NCBI RefSeq assembly: GCF_000143415.4
Contig: NW_003314272.1
Coordinates: 1,930,374 to 1,994,373 of the forward strand
Direction of reading: 5' to 3'
DNA: 64,000 nt
Source: Selaginella moellendorffii
Taxonomy: Eukaryota; Plantae; Lycopodiophyta
Part shown: one piece after another, positions 13,315 to 23,001 of the stretch
How the letters are laid out: every line of letters begins with the position of its first letter
Position numbering within the stretch: position 1 is the first letter of the stretch
The notes under the pieces: model-generated
Seen by the model: the letters and a program-made list of their open reading frames with translations, nothing else
Told to the model about the DNA's origin: nothing
Database searches by the model: none
Made by a program: the position numbers and the translations under genes

Positions 13315-15507
13315 ATGCCATGGCCGCTCAAGCGATTCTTCCTCGCACCTGGATCCAGGAAGATCGCGCATTACAGCAGCAGAGTTCGCGATCGTGATCC
13401 ACAGGTGGCGGCGATCCAGGCGCTGCTCGAGAATGTGAAGACGGCGAATGTAGGCACCTCGCTCCAGGATTTCCAGGGTAATGTCACGCAATCCACGGTC
13501 TCCGCCGTGCTGCAGCGCTTGAAGGATCCGGGGATCGCCTGGGAGTTCGCTCGCTGGGCTGTGTCCAAGGTAGGGCACTCCAATTCCACCGGCAATGCGC
13601 TGCTGGAGGTGTTCTTCGCGGCGCGCAAGCCCTGGGAGGCGCTCAAAATCTACCGAGAGTTCCTGGCCCCGTCTTGCAGGCCCAACCAGGCGATCTACGC
13701 CACGCTCATCGTGGAGTTCTGCAAGATCGGCGAGGCCGACCAGGCGCTCGAGCTCTTCCGGGAGATGAGGCAAAACAAGGTGCCGCCGGATCGCCGCCTC
13801 TACACCGCGATGCTCCACGGCCTGTGCAGGCAGCGGCAGATCGAGGAGGCCTGGAGTCTCTACCGCGAGATGATCGATCGCAAGCTGGTGGACACCCGCG
13901 TTTGCACTGCGCTTCTAAATGGGCTGTGCAAAACCGGGCAGCTCGATCGAGCGATGTTACTGCTGGACGAGATGCCATGCTCGCCGGACATGGTGGCCTT
14001 CACGGTGGTGATCAACGGCCTCTGCCGGGAGAAGAGGCTGGACGAGGCCTTCTCGGTGCTCGAGCGAGCTGTAAGAGCCGGGTGTGAGCCCGACTATGTC
14101 ACGTACAACGTTTTTATCGATGGGCTTTGCAAGGCCGAGAGGGTAGACGATGCCTTCCAGCTCCTCAAGAAGATGGACGAGAAGAAGTGCTTGCCAACGA
14201 CGGTCACTTACACGGCGCTCGTCGACGGCCTCCTCAAGGCTGGGAGGCTTGACGAGGCGATGGCTGTGCTCGAGCAGATGGTCGAGAAGGGGAACTCGCC
14301 GACGCTCAAAACTTACACCGTCGTGATCGATGGCCTCTCGAAAGCTGGCAGGGTGGAAGAGGCCCGGAGGATCTTCGTGGACATGCTGGGCAATGGCTGC
14401 CGTCCGGATGCTTTCGTCTACACGGCTCTCATCAGTGGTCTAGCCAAGATCGGCAAGCTCGACGCGGCTTTGGTTTATCTAAACCAGATGGTTGAGAACG
14501 GCTGCGTTGCCGGTCCTGCTACTTCCACTGGCGTCATTGACAGACTTTGCAAGTCTGGAAGGGTGGCGGATGCTTGCGGTGTTTTGCACAAGCTGGTCGA
14601 GTATGGATCTTCCGTGGACGAGGTGACTTATAATGCGGTCATTACCGGGCTTTGCAAGTCGGGGATGGTAGACAAGGGCCACTGGTACTACCGTCAGATG
14701 TTTGCCAAAGGTATCGTTCCCACCGTAGTGACTTACAGCATTCTCATTGACGGGTTTTGCAAGGCGGACAGGATCATCGAGGCTCGGCATTTGTTTGACA
14801 TGATGGTTCAGCAAGGACACATTCCCGACGATCTCGCCTACGGTGCTCTTATAGAAGGCCTGTGCAAATCTGGGAAGCCGGAGGAGGCCTATGCTTTGTA
14901 TAAGGAAGCCAATGCTCGGAAGCACCACGCCACGGCTGTTCCAGACGTGGTGACTTACACCAGCCTCATCGATGGTCTCTGCAAGGCAGGCAGGATACTC
15001 GAGGCTAGACAGGTTTTCGACGACGTGAAAGACGCAGAGGACCTGGTCGCTTACAACTGCTTGCTCGATGGGATATTCAAAGGCGGAGAACCGGACGAGG
15101 CTTGCCAGTTCTTCGAAGAGATGCTAGAGGCAGGGATGGAAGCTGATTGTTTTACTTATAACATCGTCGTGGACGGGCTGTGCAAGGCCGGGAGGCTGGA
15201 AGAAGCTGTGAAGTTCTTTCAAGCTATGGATGACCGGGGTGTGGCTCGGGACGTGTGCTCTTACAACGCTCTCATCGACGGGTACTGCAAGTGTCACAAC
15301 CTGGCGGCAGCGTTTGAGCTCCTCAAGAGCATGGTGGACGCTGGCATTTCTCCCAACATCATCACTTACAACACACTGATTGGAAGTCTCTTCAGGGCCA
15401 AGAGGGTGACCGAGGCATTTGGGCTGTTCGAGGAGATGTCGTGCAGAGGGATAGCGCCCGACGCATTCACGTATCAGGCTTTGAATCACTCCTTGCCAAA
15501 GCACTGA
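13315..15507 (+). CDS. P-class pentatricopeptide repeat protein with a putative organellar presequence
   Basis: Intronless, with tandem 35-aa repeats (VTYNVFIDGLCKAERVDDAFQLL...). First in-frame ATG is at 13315. Confidence 0.93.
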   Translation: MPWPLKRFFLAPGSRKIAHYSSRVRDRDPQVAAIQALLENVKTANVGTSLQDFQGNVTQSTVSAVLQRLKDPGIAWEFARWAVSKVGHSNSTGNALLEVFFAARKPWEALKIYREFLAPSCRPNQAIYATLIVEFCKIGEADQALELFREMRQNKVPPDRRLYTAMLHGLCRQRQIEEAWSLYREMIDRKLVDTRVCTALLNGLCKTGQLDRAMLLLDEMPCSPDMVAFTVVINGLCREKRLDEAFSVLERAVRAGCEPDYVTYNVFIDGLCKAERVDDAFQLLKKMDEKKCLPTTVTYTALVDGLLKAGRLDEAMAVLEQMVEKGNSPTLKTYTVVIDGLSKAGRVEEARRIFVDMLGNGCRPDAFVYTALISGLAKIGKLDAALVYLNQMVENGCVAGPATSTGVIDRLCKSGRVADACGVLHKLVEYGSSVDEVTYNAVITGLCKSGMVDKGHWYYRQMFAKGIVPTVVTYSILIDGFCKADRIIEARHLFDMMVQQGHIPDDLAYGALIEGLCKSGKPEEAYALYKEANARKHHATAVPDVVTYTSLIDGLCKAGRILEARQVFDDVKDAEDLVAYNCLLDGIFKGGEPDEACQFFEEMLEAGMEADCFTYNIVVDGLCKAGRLEEAVKFFQAMDDRGVARDVCSYNALIDGYCKCHNLAAAFELLKSMVDAGISPNIITYNTLIGSLFRAKRVTEAFGLFEEMSCRGIAPDAFTYQALNHSLPKH

Positions 15508-15557
15508 AGCGCGCCTTGGGGGTTTATGGTTTAGGGGTTTCCGAAGAGGGTCATGGC

Positions 15558-17501
15558 ATGAGCTTTGCGCTATGGTCAAGAGCAAGGATCACCAGGTTCC
15601 CGAACTTTCTCTTTCAGGCTAGGCGGTGGCCTTACTCCATTTCGGCTGCCAGTGAAGTGTATCATCAGTGTAACACGGAAAGAAGTCATGGAGGCGAACC
15701 CATTGCAGAGAAGAATGGACAGGAGCTTACAGACAGAGACAGTGCTGGAAGAGGCAGCGGAGAAGACAGGAAACGAAGCAGCAAGCAGAAGTTTGGTTAC
15801 AAAGAAAGCATTGATACTCTCCTCAAAACTTTACTTGATCTCGAGGCTCAAGGTCGGTTTTTGGAGGTTGGAGGTGCACTGAGTGACTACAGAGGTGAAC
15901 TCACATCCCGGATCGTGGCCCAAGTTTTGAAGCGGCTGAGAGACTACCGAGTAGCCTGGATGTTTTTCAAATGGGCCGGTGAGCGGAGCAAGAGCTGCCA
16001 CTCAAAGTTTTCGTGTGCTGGGCTTCTCCACATTTTTGTCAAGGCTGGAAAGCACCGCGAGGCGTACAGGCTGCTCAAAGAGGTGTTAGTAACCATCTGC
16101 GAACCGGATGTAGTGATGTACAGAACCGTGCTTGCCGGATGCTGCGTCGCAGGGGAAGTCAAGGTGGCTCGCGAGATTGTCGAAGATATGAAGGCCAGAG
16201 GTGTGGAACCCGACGTAGTGATCCACAACCTTGTCATCCGGCAACTCTGCGCTTCTGGAAATCTCGAAGACGCGTTAGCTTACTTCGACGAACTGGACGA
16301 CTCGCTGGATCTCACTCACTTTACCTTCAATCCGCTGGTTGCCGCTCTTTGCAAAGCAGAGAGGACGGAAGAAGCCATCGCTTTCGTCAAGAAGATGTCC
16401 GAGAGACGCTGTTTCCCAACTTTGTTCACGTATACTTCGCTCGTGGACGGGTTTCTCAAGCTAGGCAGGCTGGACGAAGCGCTCTTGCAGCTCAAGGAAG
16501 CTGTGGAGAGGGGCTTCATCCCCGATGCTGTCACGTACACCTCGATCATCGACGGGCTTTGCAAGCTGGGGAGAGTCGAGGAAGGCTGCGAAAGGTTTCA
16601 CGAGATGAGAAACCGGGGCTACGAGCCCGACGCCGTCACGTATGCTGCTCTCATAGACGGGTTCATGAAGGCAAAGATGATCCCGAAGGCCCATCGAGTA
16701 TACAGGCAAATGCTGCAGAGTGGCACCGTCGTGAGTACCGTGACTTACAACATCATTCTCGACGGCCTGTGCAAAGCCGGGAGAGTGGCCGAGGCGTACG
16801 CGACGTTCCTAGCGATGGAAGAGAGGGGCTGCGTTGCGACGGTGGTGACTTACAGCGCTCTCATGGACGGCTTCTGCAGCGAAGGTAACGTGTCCGCCGC
16901 CGTGGAGCTCTTCCGCCGGATGCTGGACCGAGGCTGCGAGCCAAACCTCGTCTCGTACAACATCATCATCCGCGGCCTCTGCCGAGCAGGAAAGCTGGCA
17001 AAAGCGTATTTTTACTTCGAGAAGCTGCTCCAGAGGAGGCTCTGCCCCGACGTCTACACCTTCAACGCTTTCCTCCATGGACTGTGCCAGCGCCTCGACA
17101 CTGTGAGCGACGGGGTGGAGCTCTTTGAGAGCATGGTGTCGCAGGGAACGAGTCCCAATCTCCACTCGTACAGCATTCTCATGGACGGGATCTGCAGAGC
17201 CGGGGGGCTGGAAGTCGCCCTCGAGATTTTCCGCGAGATGGTCTCCAGAGGCGTCGCTCCGGATGTGGTGGTGTTCAACACGCTGATCCGGTGGCTGTGC
17301 ATCGCGGGGAGAGTGGACGAGGCCTTGGAAGTTTTCCGGGAGCTGGAGCGGCGAAGCGCTCCAGATGCTTGGAGTTACTGGAGCCTCCTCGACGGTCTGT
17401 CTAGGTGCGAGCGAATGGAGGAAGCTCGGTTGCTCTCCTTTCACATGAAGCTCCAAGGCTGCGCTCCTCGCCACTACGATTTGACGGTAAGGTTTTTGTA
17501 A
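15558..17501 (+). CDS. P-class pentatricopeptide repeat protein
   Basis: Intronless 35-aa repeats (PDAVTYTSIIDGLCKLG...). The ATG at 15558 gives an Arg-rich presequence MSFALWSRARITRF. Confidence 0.92.
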   Translation: MSFALWSRARITRFPNFLFQARRWPYSISAASEVYHQCNTERSHGGEPIAEKNGQELTDRDSAGRGSGEDRKRSSKQKFGYKESIDTLLKTLLDLEAQGRFLEVGGALSDYRGELTSRIVAQVLKRLRDYRVAWMFFKWAGERSKSCHSKFSCAGLLHIFVKAGKHREAYRLLKEVLVTICEPDVVMYRTVLAGCCVAGEVKVAREIVEDMKARGVEPDVVIHNLVIRQLCASGNLEDALAYFDELDDSLDLTHFTFNPLVAALCKAERTEEAIAFVKKMSERRCFPTLFTYTSLVDGFLKLGRLDEALLQLKEAVERGFIPDAVTYTSIIDGLCKLGRVEEGCERFHEMRNRGYEPDAVTYAALIDGFMKAKMIPKAHRVYRQMLQSGTVVSTVTYNIILDGLCKAGRVAEAYATFLAMEERGCVATVVTYSALMDGFCSEGNVSAAVELFRRMLDRGCEPNLVSYNIIIRGLCRAGKLAKAYFYFEKLLQRRLCPDVYTFNAFLHGLCQRLDTVSDGVELFESMVSQGTSPNLHSYSILMDGICRAGGLEVALEIFREMVSRGVAPDVVVFNTLIRWLCIAGRVDEALEVFRELERRSAPDAWSYWSLLDGLSRCERMEEARLLSFHMKLQGCAPRHYDLTVRFL

Positions 17502-17698
17502 GATTTCTCGACAGTGCTGATCGTTTTTTCCTTACAGCAATCGCGATTTTGTAGTTCTCTCTTTAAGAACTGAAGTAAAGTTGGCATCATCGATGGTAAA
17601 GTCTTTTTTCCATTTGCAAGAAAGCTTGTTTACTGTGGTGGAGTAACAATAAGAAAAGGCTAGTTTGTAGGGACGTGCTGCCATTCTTTACCACGAAG

Positions 17699-17780
17699 GT
17701 GGACGTGCCGGAGTGGTTATCGGGCATGACTAGAAATCATGTGGGCTTTGCCCGCGCAGGTTCGAATCCTGCCGTCCACG
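17699..17780 (+). tRNA. trnS-AGA: tRNA-Ser(AGA)
   Basis: GTGGACG...CGTCCACG acceptor stem, anticodon loop ctAGAaa, long variable arm, GGTTCGAATCC T-loop, then TTTT. Confidence 0.97.
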
Positions 17781-17959
17781 TCTTTTCGGTTTCGTCTCTC
17801 CTTTTTGGCTCCTTTCTCTTTTGGACCTCCTCTCATATTCTTTTCTCTTTCGTTTTGGGAGCTACAGAGTCTTGAATTCCAGGAGAAGCCGCGACAATTA
17901 TCAATGGCAGGACCACATACAATGTCGGTGGAGTGAGAGAGAAGAGGAGAAATTCGGGC

Positions 17960-18966
17960 ATGGATTCTAAAGAGAGTCTCCTCTGCAAGGTACTTTGACA
18001 CTTCCTTTGAAGAATTCCCAAATCGATTCTCTTCTGTACTTTTCTTCTCTTCATAGGACATTGGCGACAGATTGGTCACACTGCAGCTGCATCGCTCTTT
18101 GCTGGAAAAGGACGTGAGTAAATCAGAGTCTATGCTCTGCGAGAAAACAATGGGGATTTTTCCTCTCTTTTTTTCCTCTTCCGCTGATCTCAAGCTCGGC
18201 ATTGATACTCTCTGGCTGCGCAGGTCCAGAGACTGAAGACAAAGTTGAAGTATGAAACTGACATCCGCAAGGCACTGGAAACCGGGCTGGGCTTTGGAGA
18301 CGAGGACTCAAATCTAGACGATGTTGAGCACAATCTTCCTGCCGAGGTTCGCGTCCTCTTCCTTTCCATGGTTTTTCGTTTTCTTGAATCGTTAGATCGC
18401 AAGCATCTTTCCTCCATGCAATGTGCCTGACTGAAGTTTACTTTCCTTTGTTTCATTCGTATCAATGCTTGCAGGTGCGCGAGCTTCTGTCAGACGTTTC
18501 ATCGGTGGAATCTGTCGTCTCCAATCTGGAAGACAAGGTGGTGCTTCTCCGGCACGAGATTGGAAGCGCTCGAGCTGACCGGACAAGGATCATTGTCGAC
18601 TCCGGCGAAACGTCCCTCGAGAGCCTCCAAGCCAGAGTCGAGGAACTCAAGATCAAAGTCCACGACATCGAGGTGGTGAGCTCCGACGTCCTGGCCCAGG
18701 ATCGCCACCGCCGGATCAAGACCGAGCAAACGTTTCTGGGATTGCCCCTCGGCAGCAACGGCAAGAGGAAGCTGCTCCAGACGAAAACCGCGCAGGTTGC
18801 TCGTCCCAGGAGGAACTCTCTCGACGATGCCGACATCGGGAAGAGCAAGCAGCAGAGAGCCAATGTACCTCCTCTCTTCGGTGGGAAGCTCTACTCGTCG
18901 GTGGACGTTCCAAGCGCTTCCTCGCTCCTGGGACGACTCAGATCCAAGAAAAAACCTCCTCAGTGA
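17960..18966 (+). CDS. Small protein with an Lzipper-MIP1-type coiled coil, 4 exons, no DUF547 domain
   Basis: Spliced read MDSKESLLCK|..HRSLLEKD|VQRLKTKLKYETDIRKALETGLG...LPAE|VRELLSDVSSVESVVSNLEDKVVLLRHEI fits the MIP1 leucine-zipper pattern. Confidence 0.65.
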
Positions 18967-20593
18967 ACCAGCCCGGTGCCAGTTGATCGATCACTGACGC
19001 CCCCGACGACGATCTCTCGTGAACTTTGGCCGCCGCTGCCAGTGATCCCGCCGCCGATTCGTCCGGGAAGAACGGCATCACGTCCAGGAGCTCTTTGGCG
19101 TCGTGCACACGTCCGGCACGTCCGAGAGCGTCGACCATGCAGCAGTAGTGCTCCAGCGACGGCCTTCCAAGGCCGAAGTCCGCCACCATCGAATGGAAGC
19201 AGCTCCTGGCGTGGAAAACTCCTCCAAGGTGGCTACACGCTGCCAGAATGCTCGCCATGGTCATGGGGTCGGGGTTGGATCCCTCGACGCTCATCCGCGT
19301 GAAGAGATCGATCGCGGTGCCAAAATGCCCCCGCTTGGTAACTGCTGCTAGTGTAGAGTTCCACGATGTTCTGTCTCTAGCAGGCATTTTTTCGAAACAT
19401 TTTAGAGCTCCATCATAATGGCCGATCTTTCCAAGGCTTTCAAGGACAACGTTGTGGGTTACAATGGATTTTTCCGGAATCATGGTAAGCAGCTCCAGTG
19501 CACGAGACAAATCACCACTTTGGGCATTTGCTGCCACGGTGAGATTCCACATTACGAGGTTGTGAAATGGAGCAGCATCAAAGACTTCTACTGCTCTGGA
19601 AAATTCGCTAGTTTTTATATGTGAAGCCATCAGATTCGCGTACGAGGATGCGTTGAGCTCTGGAATCTCGGAGATATCCAGCAGCCGGGCTCCAATCATC
19701 GCGTTCCATGACGCCAGATTCCATTCGGGCATGGAATGAAAGACGCTCAGCGCGAGATCGAGATATCCGTGCTGGCACAGGCCAACAACAATGCAGTTAA
19801 AGGGCACGATGCTTCGCTGAGGCATCAGGTCTAGCAAAAGCAGTGCCTGACCAAGATCCCCAGCTTTGGCATTTGCTGCAACTAGAGCTGTCCAGGTTAC
19901 AAGGTTTAGCTCCGGCATGGAATCAAACACATTCTTTACTGTAGATATACGAGAACCTACTGAAAACGCTTGTAACATTGCCGTCCAGGAAATCACGTCC
20001 CTGACCGGCATTGCATCGAAGAGTTCTTTCGCTCTCTCCTGATTCCCAGAAGCAGCATTTCCTGCAAGCATGGTGTTCCAGGCAACAAGATTCCTCTCCG
20101 GCATTCGATCAAACAGAACCTCGGCGCACTCCAGCTGCCCGTTCCGAGCGTAGGCCTGGATCATCGCGCTCCACGCTACAACATCTGCATCTTGGATATC
20201 CGAAAACATCGCCTCGGCCTCGCGCAAGAAGCCCATCTCCGCATAGAGCCCCATCATCGCCGTCCGCACCACCGAGTCCCACGCGGGCATCCGGTCGAAG
20301 ACCCGCTTGGCCTCGTGGAGGAGGCCGTGGCGCGCGTAGCACTGGAAGAGCGCGCTCCACGAGAAGATGTTCGGGCGGGCGATGGACTCGAAGGCCAGGC
20401 GCGCGTCGCAAATGCCGCCGCAAGCTCCGTACATGTGCACGACCAGGTTGGCCAGGTATGTGTTGCCGCGGGTGTGGGCGCCGTGCGAGATCTCCCTGTG
20501 GAGCTGCCTCGCTTGCTCCAAATCTTTGGTGGAGCGCACGAGCGACGCGAGACGATCTTGTTCGTGCTTAATCCCACGAGATTGCAAATCCAT
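18938..20593 (-). CDS. PLS-class PPR protein (31-aa S/SS arrays, E-type end, no DYW)
   Basis: Repeats such as PERNLVAWNTMLAG; C-terminal LAACSHLG...HYCCMVDALGRAG...MPFFPD. Confidence 0.9.
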   Translation of the reverse strand: MDLQSRGIKHEQDRLASLVRSTKDLEQARQLHREISHGAHTRGNTYLANLVVHMYGACGGICDARLAFESIARPNIFSWSALFQCYARHGLLHEAKRVFDRMPAWDSVVRTAMMGLYAEMGFLREAEAMFSDIQDADVVAWSAMIQAYARNGQLECAEVLFDRMPERNLVAWNTMLAGNAASGNQERAKELFDAMPVRDVISWTAMLQAFSVGSRISTVKNVFDSMPELNLVTWTALVAANAKAGDLGQALLLLDLMPQRSIVPFNCIVVGLCQHGYLDLALSVFHSMPEWNLASWNAMIGARLLDISEIPELNASSYANLMASHIKTSEFSRAVEVFDAAPFHNLVMWNLTVAANAQSGDLSRALELLTMIPEKSIVTHNVVLESLGKIGHYDGALKCFEKMPARDRTSWNSTLAAVTKRGHFGTAIDLFTRMSVEGSNPDPMTMASILAACSHLGGVFHARSCFHSMVADFGLGRPSLEHYCCMVDALGRAGRVHDAKELLDVMPFFPDESAAGSLAAAAKVHERSSSGASVIDQLAPGWFTEEVFSWI

Positions 20594-20633
20594 CGCTCGT
20601 CCATCACAACCAAAAGAACAAGAGATCTGATAT

Positions 20634-20829
20634 CATCAAGATATGAAGAGAAGATCTATCATATTTGAGAACAAGATTTTGAACAAGAGATCTATCACAT
20701 TTGTGCGAGAAGACGATTCGATTGGAAAAAACCATCAAGATATGAACAGATGATCTATCATATTTGAGGAACAAGACTTTGGACAAGAGATCTATCACAC
20801 TTGTGCGAGAAGACGATTCGATTGGAAAA
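20634..20829. repeat. Tandem duplication of a ~97-bp unit
   Basis: catcaagatatgaa...gtgcgagaagacgattcgattggaaaa occurs at 20634-20729 and 20733-20829. Confidence 0.9.
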
Positions 20830-20868
20830 CAACTAAGTACAAAATTTGGAGATGGTTTGCGCGGGCAA

Positions 20869-21456
20869 TTAGCATTGTCCCGGCGGGATCAAGGGCACCA
20901 GCAAATCGCCCACGAAAGTACACCTCCGCTGCTGCCCCTCGAGCAGCGTCGCGCCGATTTTGGCGAGCTTGTCCGCCACCTCGTTGCCCAAAACCTTGTC
21001 GTGCCCTTTCACCTTGCAGAAGTGGACGTTGCAGCGCAGCATGCCCGCAAACAAGACAATGCTCTCCATGGTGCTCACGTCCGAGTGCCTGGACAGGTAC
21101 GTCGAGTTCTCCATGTACATCTCCAGCAGCGTCAGCGAATCGTAGCTGTCCGTGTACACAAACACCTCATGGTGGCGTACCCCGCCACCTTTCTCCTGCA
21201 GCATGATCGCCATCTGCAGCGACTCAAGCAGCCCTAACAGCTCAAAGGTGATGGCGGAGCAGCGCTTTAGGTCCTGCTGGGGTCGCCGCCCGTGTGCCTG
21301 GTACACACCTTGGCTCGGGATGTAAACGCCATAGCCACCGTGCTGCTGATTCCCGGGCCCGTCACACTTGTAAGATCCATCGGAGAAAATGGCCAGCCCG
21401 CCGTTGCGCATGATCATGGCATCGCTGTGATCGTTCTTGTGGATCAGGAGTGCCAT
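20869..21456 (-). CDS. Stand-alone RNase H1-type protein (195 aa, intronless)
   Basis: Motifs IFSDGS...GGYGVY, FELLGLLESL, VYTDS and KVKGHDKVLGNEVADKLAK supply the full D-E-D-(H)-D catalytic set. Confidence 0.85.
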   Translation of the reverse strand: MALLIHKNDHSDAMIMRNGGLAIFSDGSYKCDGPGNQQHGGYGVYIPSQGVYQAHGRRPQQDLKRCSAITFELLGLLESLQMAIMLQEKGGGVRHHEVFVYTDSYDSLTLLEMYMENSTYLSRHSDVSTMESIVLFAGMLRCNVHFCKVKGHDKVLGNEVADKLAKIGATLLEGQQRRCTFVGDLLVPLIPPGQC

Positions 21457-21530
21457 CGTGAAACCCTAGACTCAATCGGCAACGTTCCAACTTATATAGG
21501 ATCTTGGAAAAGGAAAAAGGATCCATATAG

Positions 21531-22988
21531 ATGCCTAATTTTGATTCCTTGGTATCTCGCCTGAGATCCTGCAAGAGCCTGGTGGAAGCCGCGGAGATCC
21601 ACTCGGGGATCGCGCCGGAGAGGGCGAGCTTGTACGTCGCCAACTTGGTGGTGGAGATGTATGGACGCTGCGGCTGCGTGGAGGCCGCCCGGGCGGTGTT
21701 TGAGTCCATGCAGGGCAAGCGCAACGCCTTCTCGTGGAATCTCATGATCCAGGCGTATGCCCGCAATGGGCATGTTGACGAGGCCAGGGCATTCTTCGAC
21801 GCAATCCCGGATGGCGAGCGGGATGTTGTCGCCTGGAACACGGTGATCGCCCTATACGCACGGAGCGATCTTCCGGTAAATGCCAAGTTGCTGTTCGATC
21901 GGATGGAGTTTCGTGATCTTGTCTCGTGGACTTCTGTCGTGGTGGCGTTTGCCAGAACTGGGGATCTGGAGCAGGCGAGGGCTTTGTTCGACCTCATGCC
22001 TGAGTGGAATCAAGTGTCGTGGACGGCATTGATCTTAGCTTACGGACAAGCAGGAAAAATGCAGCTGGGGAAAGATCTGTATGATTCCATGCCGTGGCAA
22101 GATTCCGTGACTTGGACGACAATGCTTCAAGTTTATGCCCAATGTGGGCATCTGGAGGAAGCTCGGCTTATGTTTGAGGCGCATCCAAATCGGAGTGTCG
22201 TGTCGTGGACGGTTTTACTGGCGTCGTATGCGCAGGCCTTGTGGATCGACGAGGCCGCAGAATTGTTTCTTAAAATGCCGCACAAGGACGTGGTTGCATG
22301 GAACGTATTCATTGCCGGACTTACCCACAATGGGGAGTTTCTGGCAGCGAAACGAGCCTTCGATCAAATGCCGCGAAGAAGTGTCGTCTCGTGGAATCTG
22401 ATCGTATCCTTGTACGCGAGGGAGCTACTGATCGAAGAGGCGAGGTTTCTCTTTGAATCCATGCCCGAGAAGACGGAGGTTTCATGGGGCACGATCATCG
22501 CGGCATATGCCCGGACTGGGCATCTGCGCCAGGCGAGGCGCCTCTTCGATGCGATGCCACGCCCGGATCTCGAGTCGTGGAACGCGATTCTTGCGGCCTC
22601 GGCACGCTCCGGCGAGTCCCTCGCCCTGCTGCGGCTGATGTGCGTCGAGGGCATCGCCCCCAACGCGATCTCGCTGCTGGGCGTGATGAACTCGTGCAGC
22701 CATCTGGGCCTCGTGGACGAGGGCGTGAGGATTTTCGCGTCGTTGCAATGGGACCTCGCGATCGCGCCGATGAAGGAGCACTACTGCTGCGTGATCGATC
22801 TTCTCGGGAGGTCGGGGGATGTGGAGGCCGCGGGGGAGCTGAGCGGTGCCATGCCCAGCGGTGGCGATGTGGTGGCGTGGATCACGGTGCTGGCTTCGCG
22901 CAGCGTCCAGCGCGGTGACCACGAGAGGATCGAATGCGCCGCGCTCATGGAACAAGCGAGGAGTTTAAATGGTTCAAGCAGGAAGTAG
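21531..22988 (+). CDS. PLS-class PPR protein (S/SS arrays, truncated E, no DYW)
   Basis: 31-aa repeats; CSHLGLVDEG...HYCCVIDLLGRSG. Confidence 0.9.
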   Translation: MPNFDSLVSRLRSCKSLVEAAEIHSGIAPERASLYVANLVVEMYGRCGCVEAARAVFESMQGKRNAFSWNLMIQAYARNGHVDEARAFFDAIPDGERDVVAWNTVIALYARSDLPVNAKLLFDRMEFRDLVSWTSVVVAFARTGDLEQARALFDLMPEWNQVSWTALILAYGQAGKMQLGKDLYDSMPWQDSVTWTTMLQVYAQCGHLEEARLMFEAHPNRSVVSWTVLLASYAQALWIDEAAELFLKMPHKDVVAWNVFIAGLTHNGEFLAAKRAFDQMPRRSVVSWNLIVSLYARELLIEEARFLFESMPEKTEVSWGTIIAAYARTGHLRQARRLFDAMPRPDLESWNAILAASARSGESLALLRLMCVEGIAPNAISLLGVMNSCSHLGLVDEGVRIFASLQWDLAIAPMKEHYCCVIDLLGRSGDVEAAGELSGAMPSGGDVVAWITVLASRSVQRGDHERIECAALMEQARSLNGSSRK

Positions 22989-23001
22989 GGTGTTTTATAG
23001 C

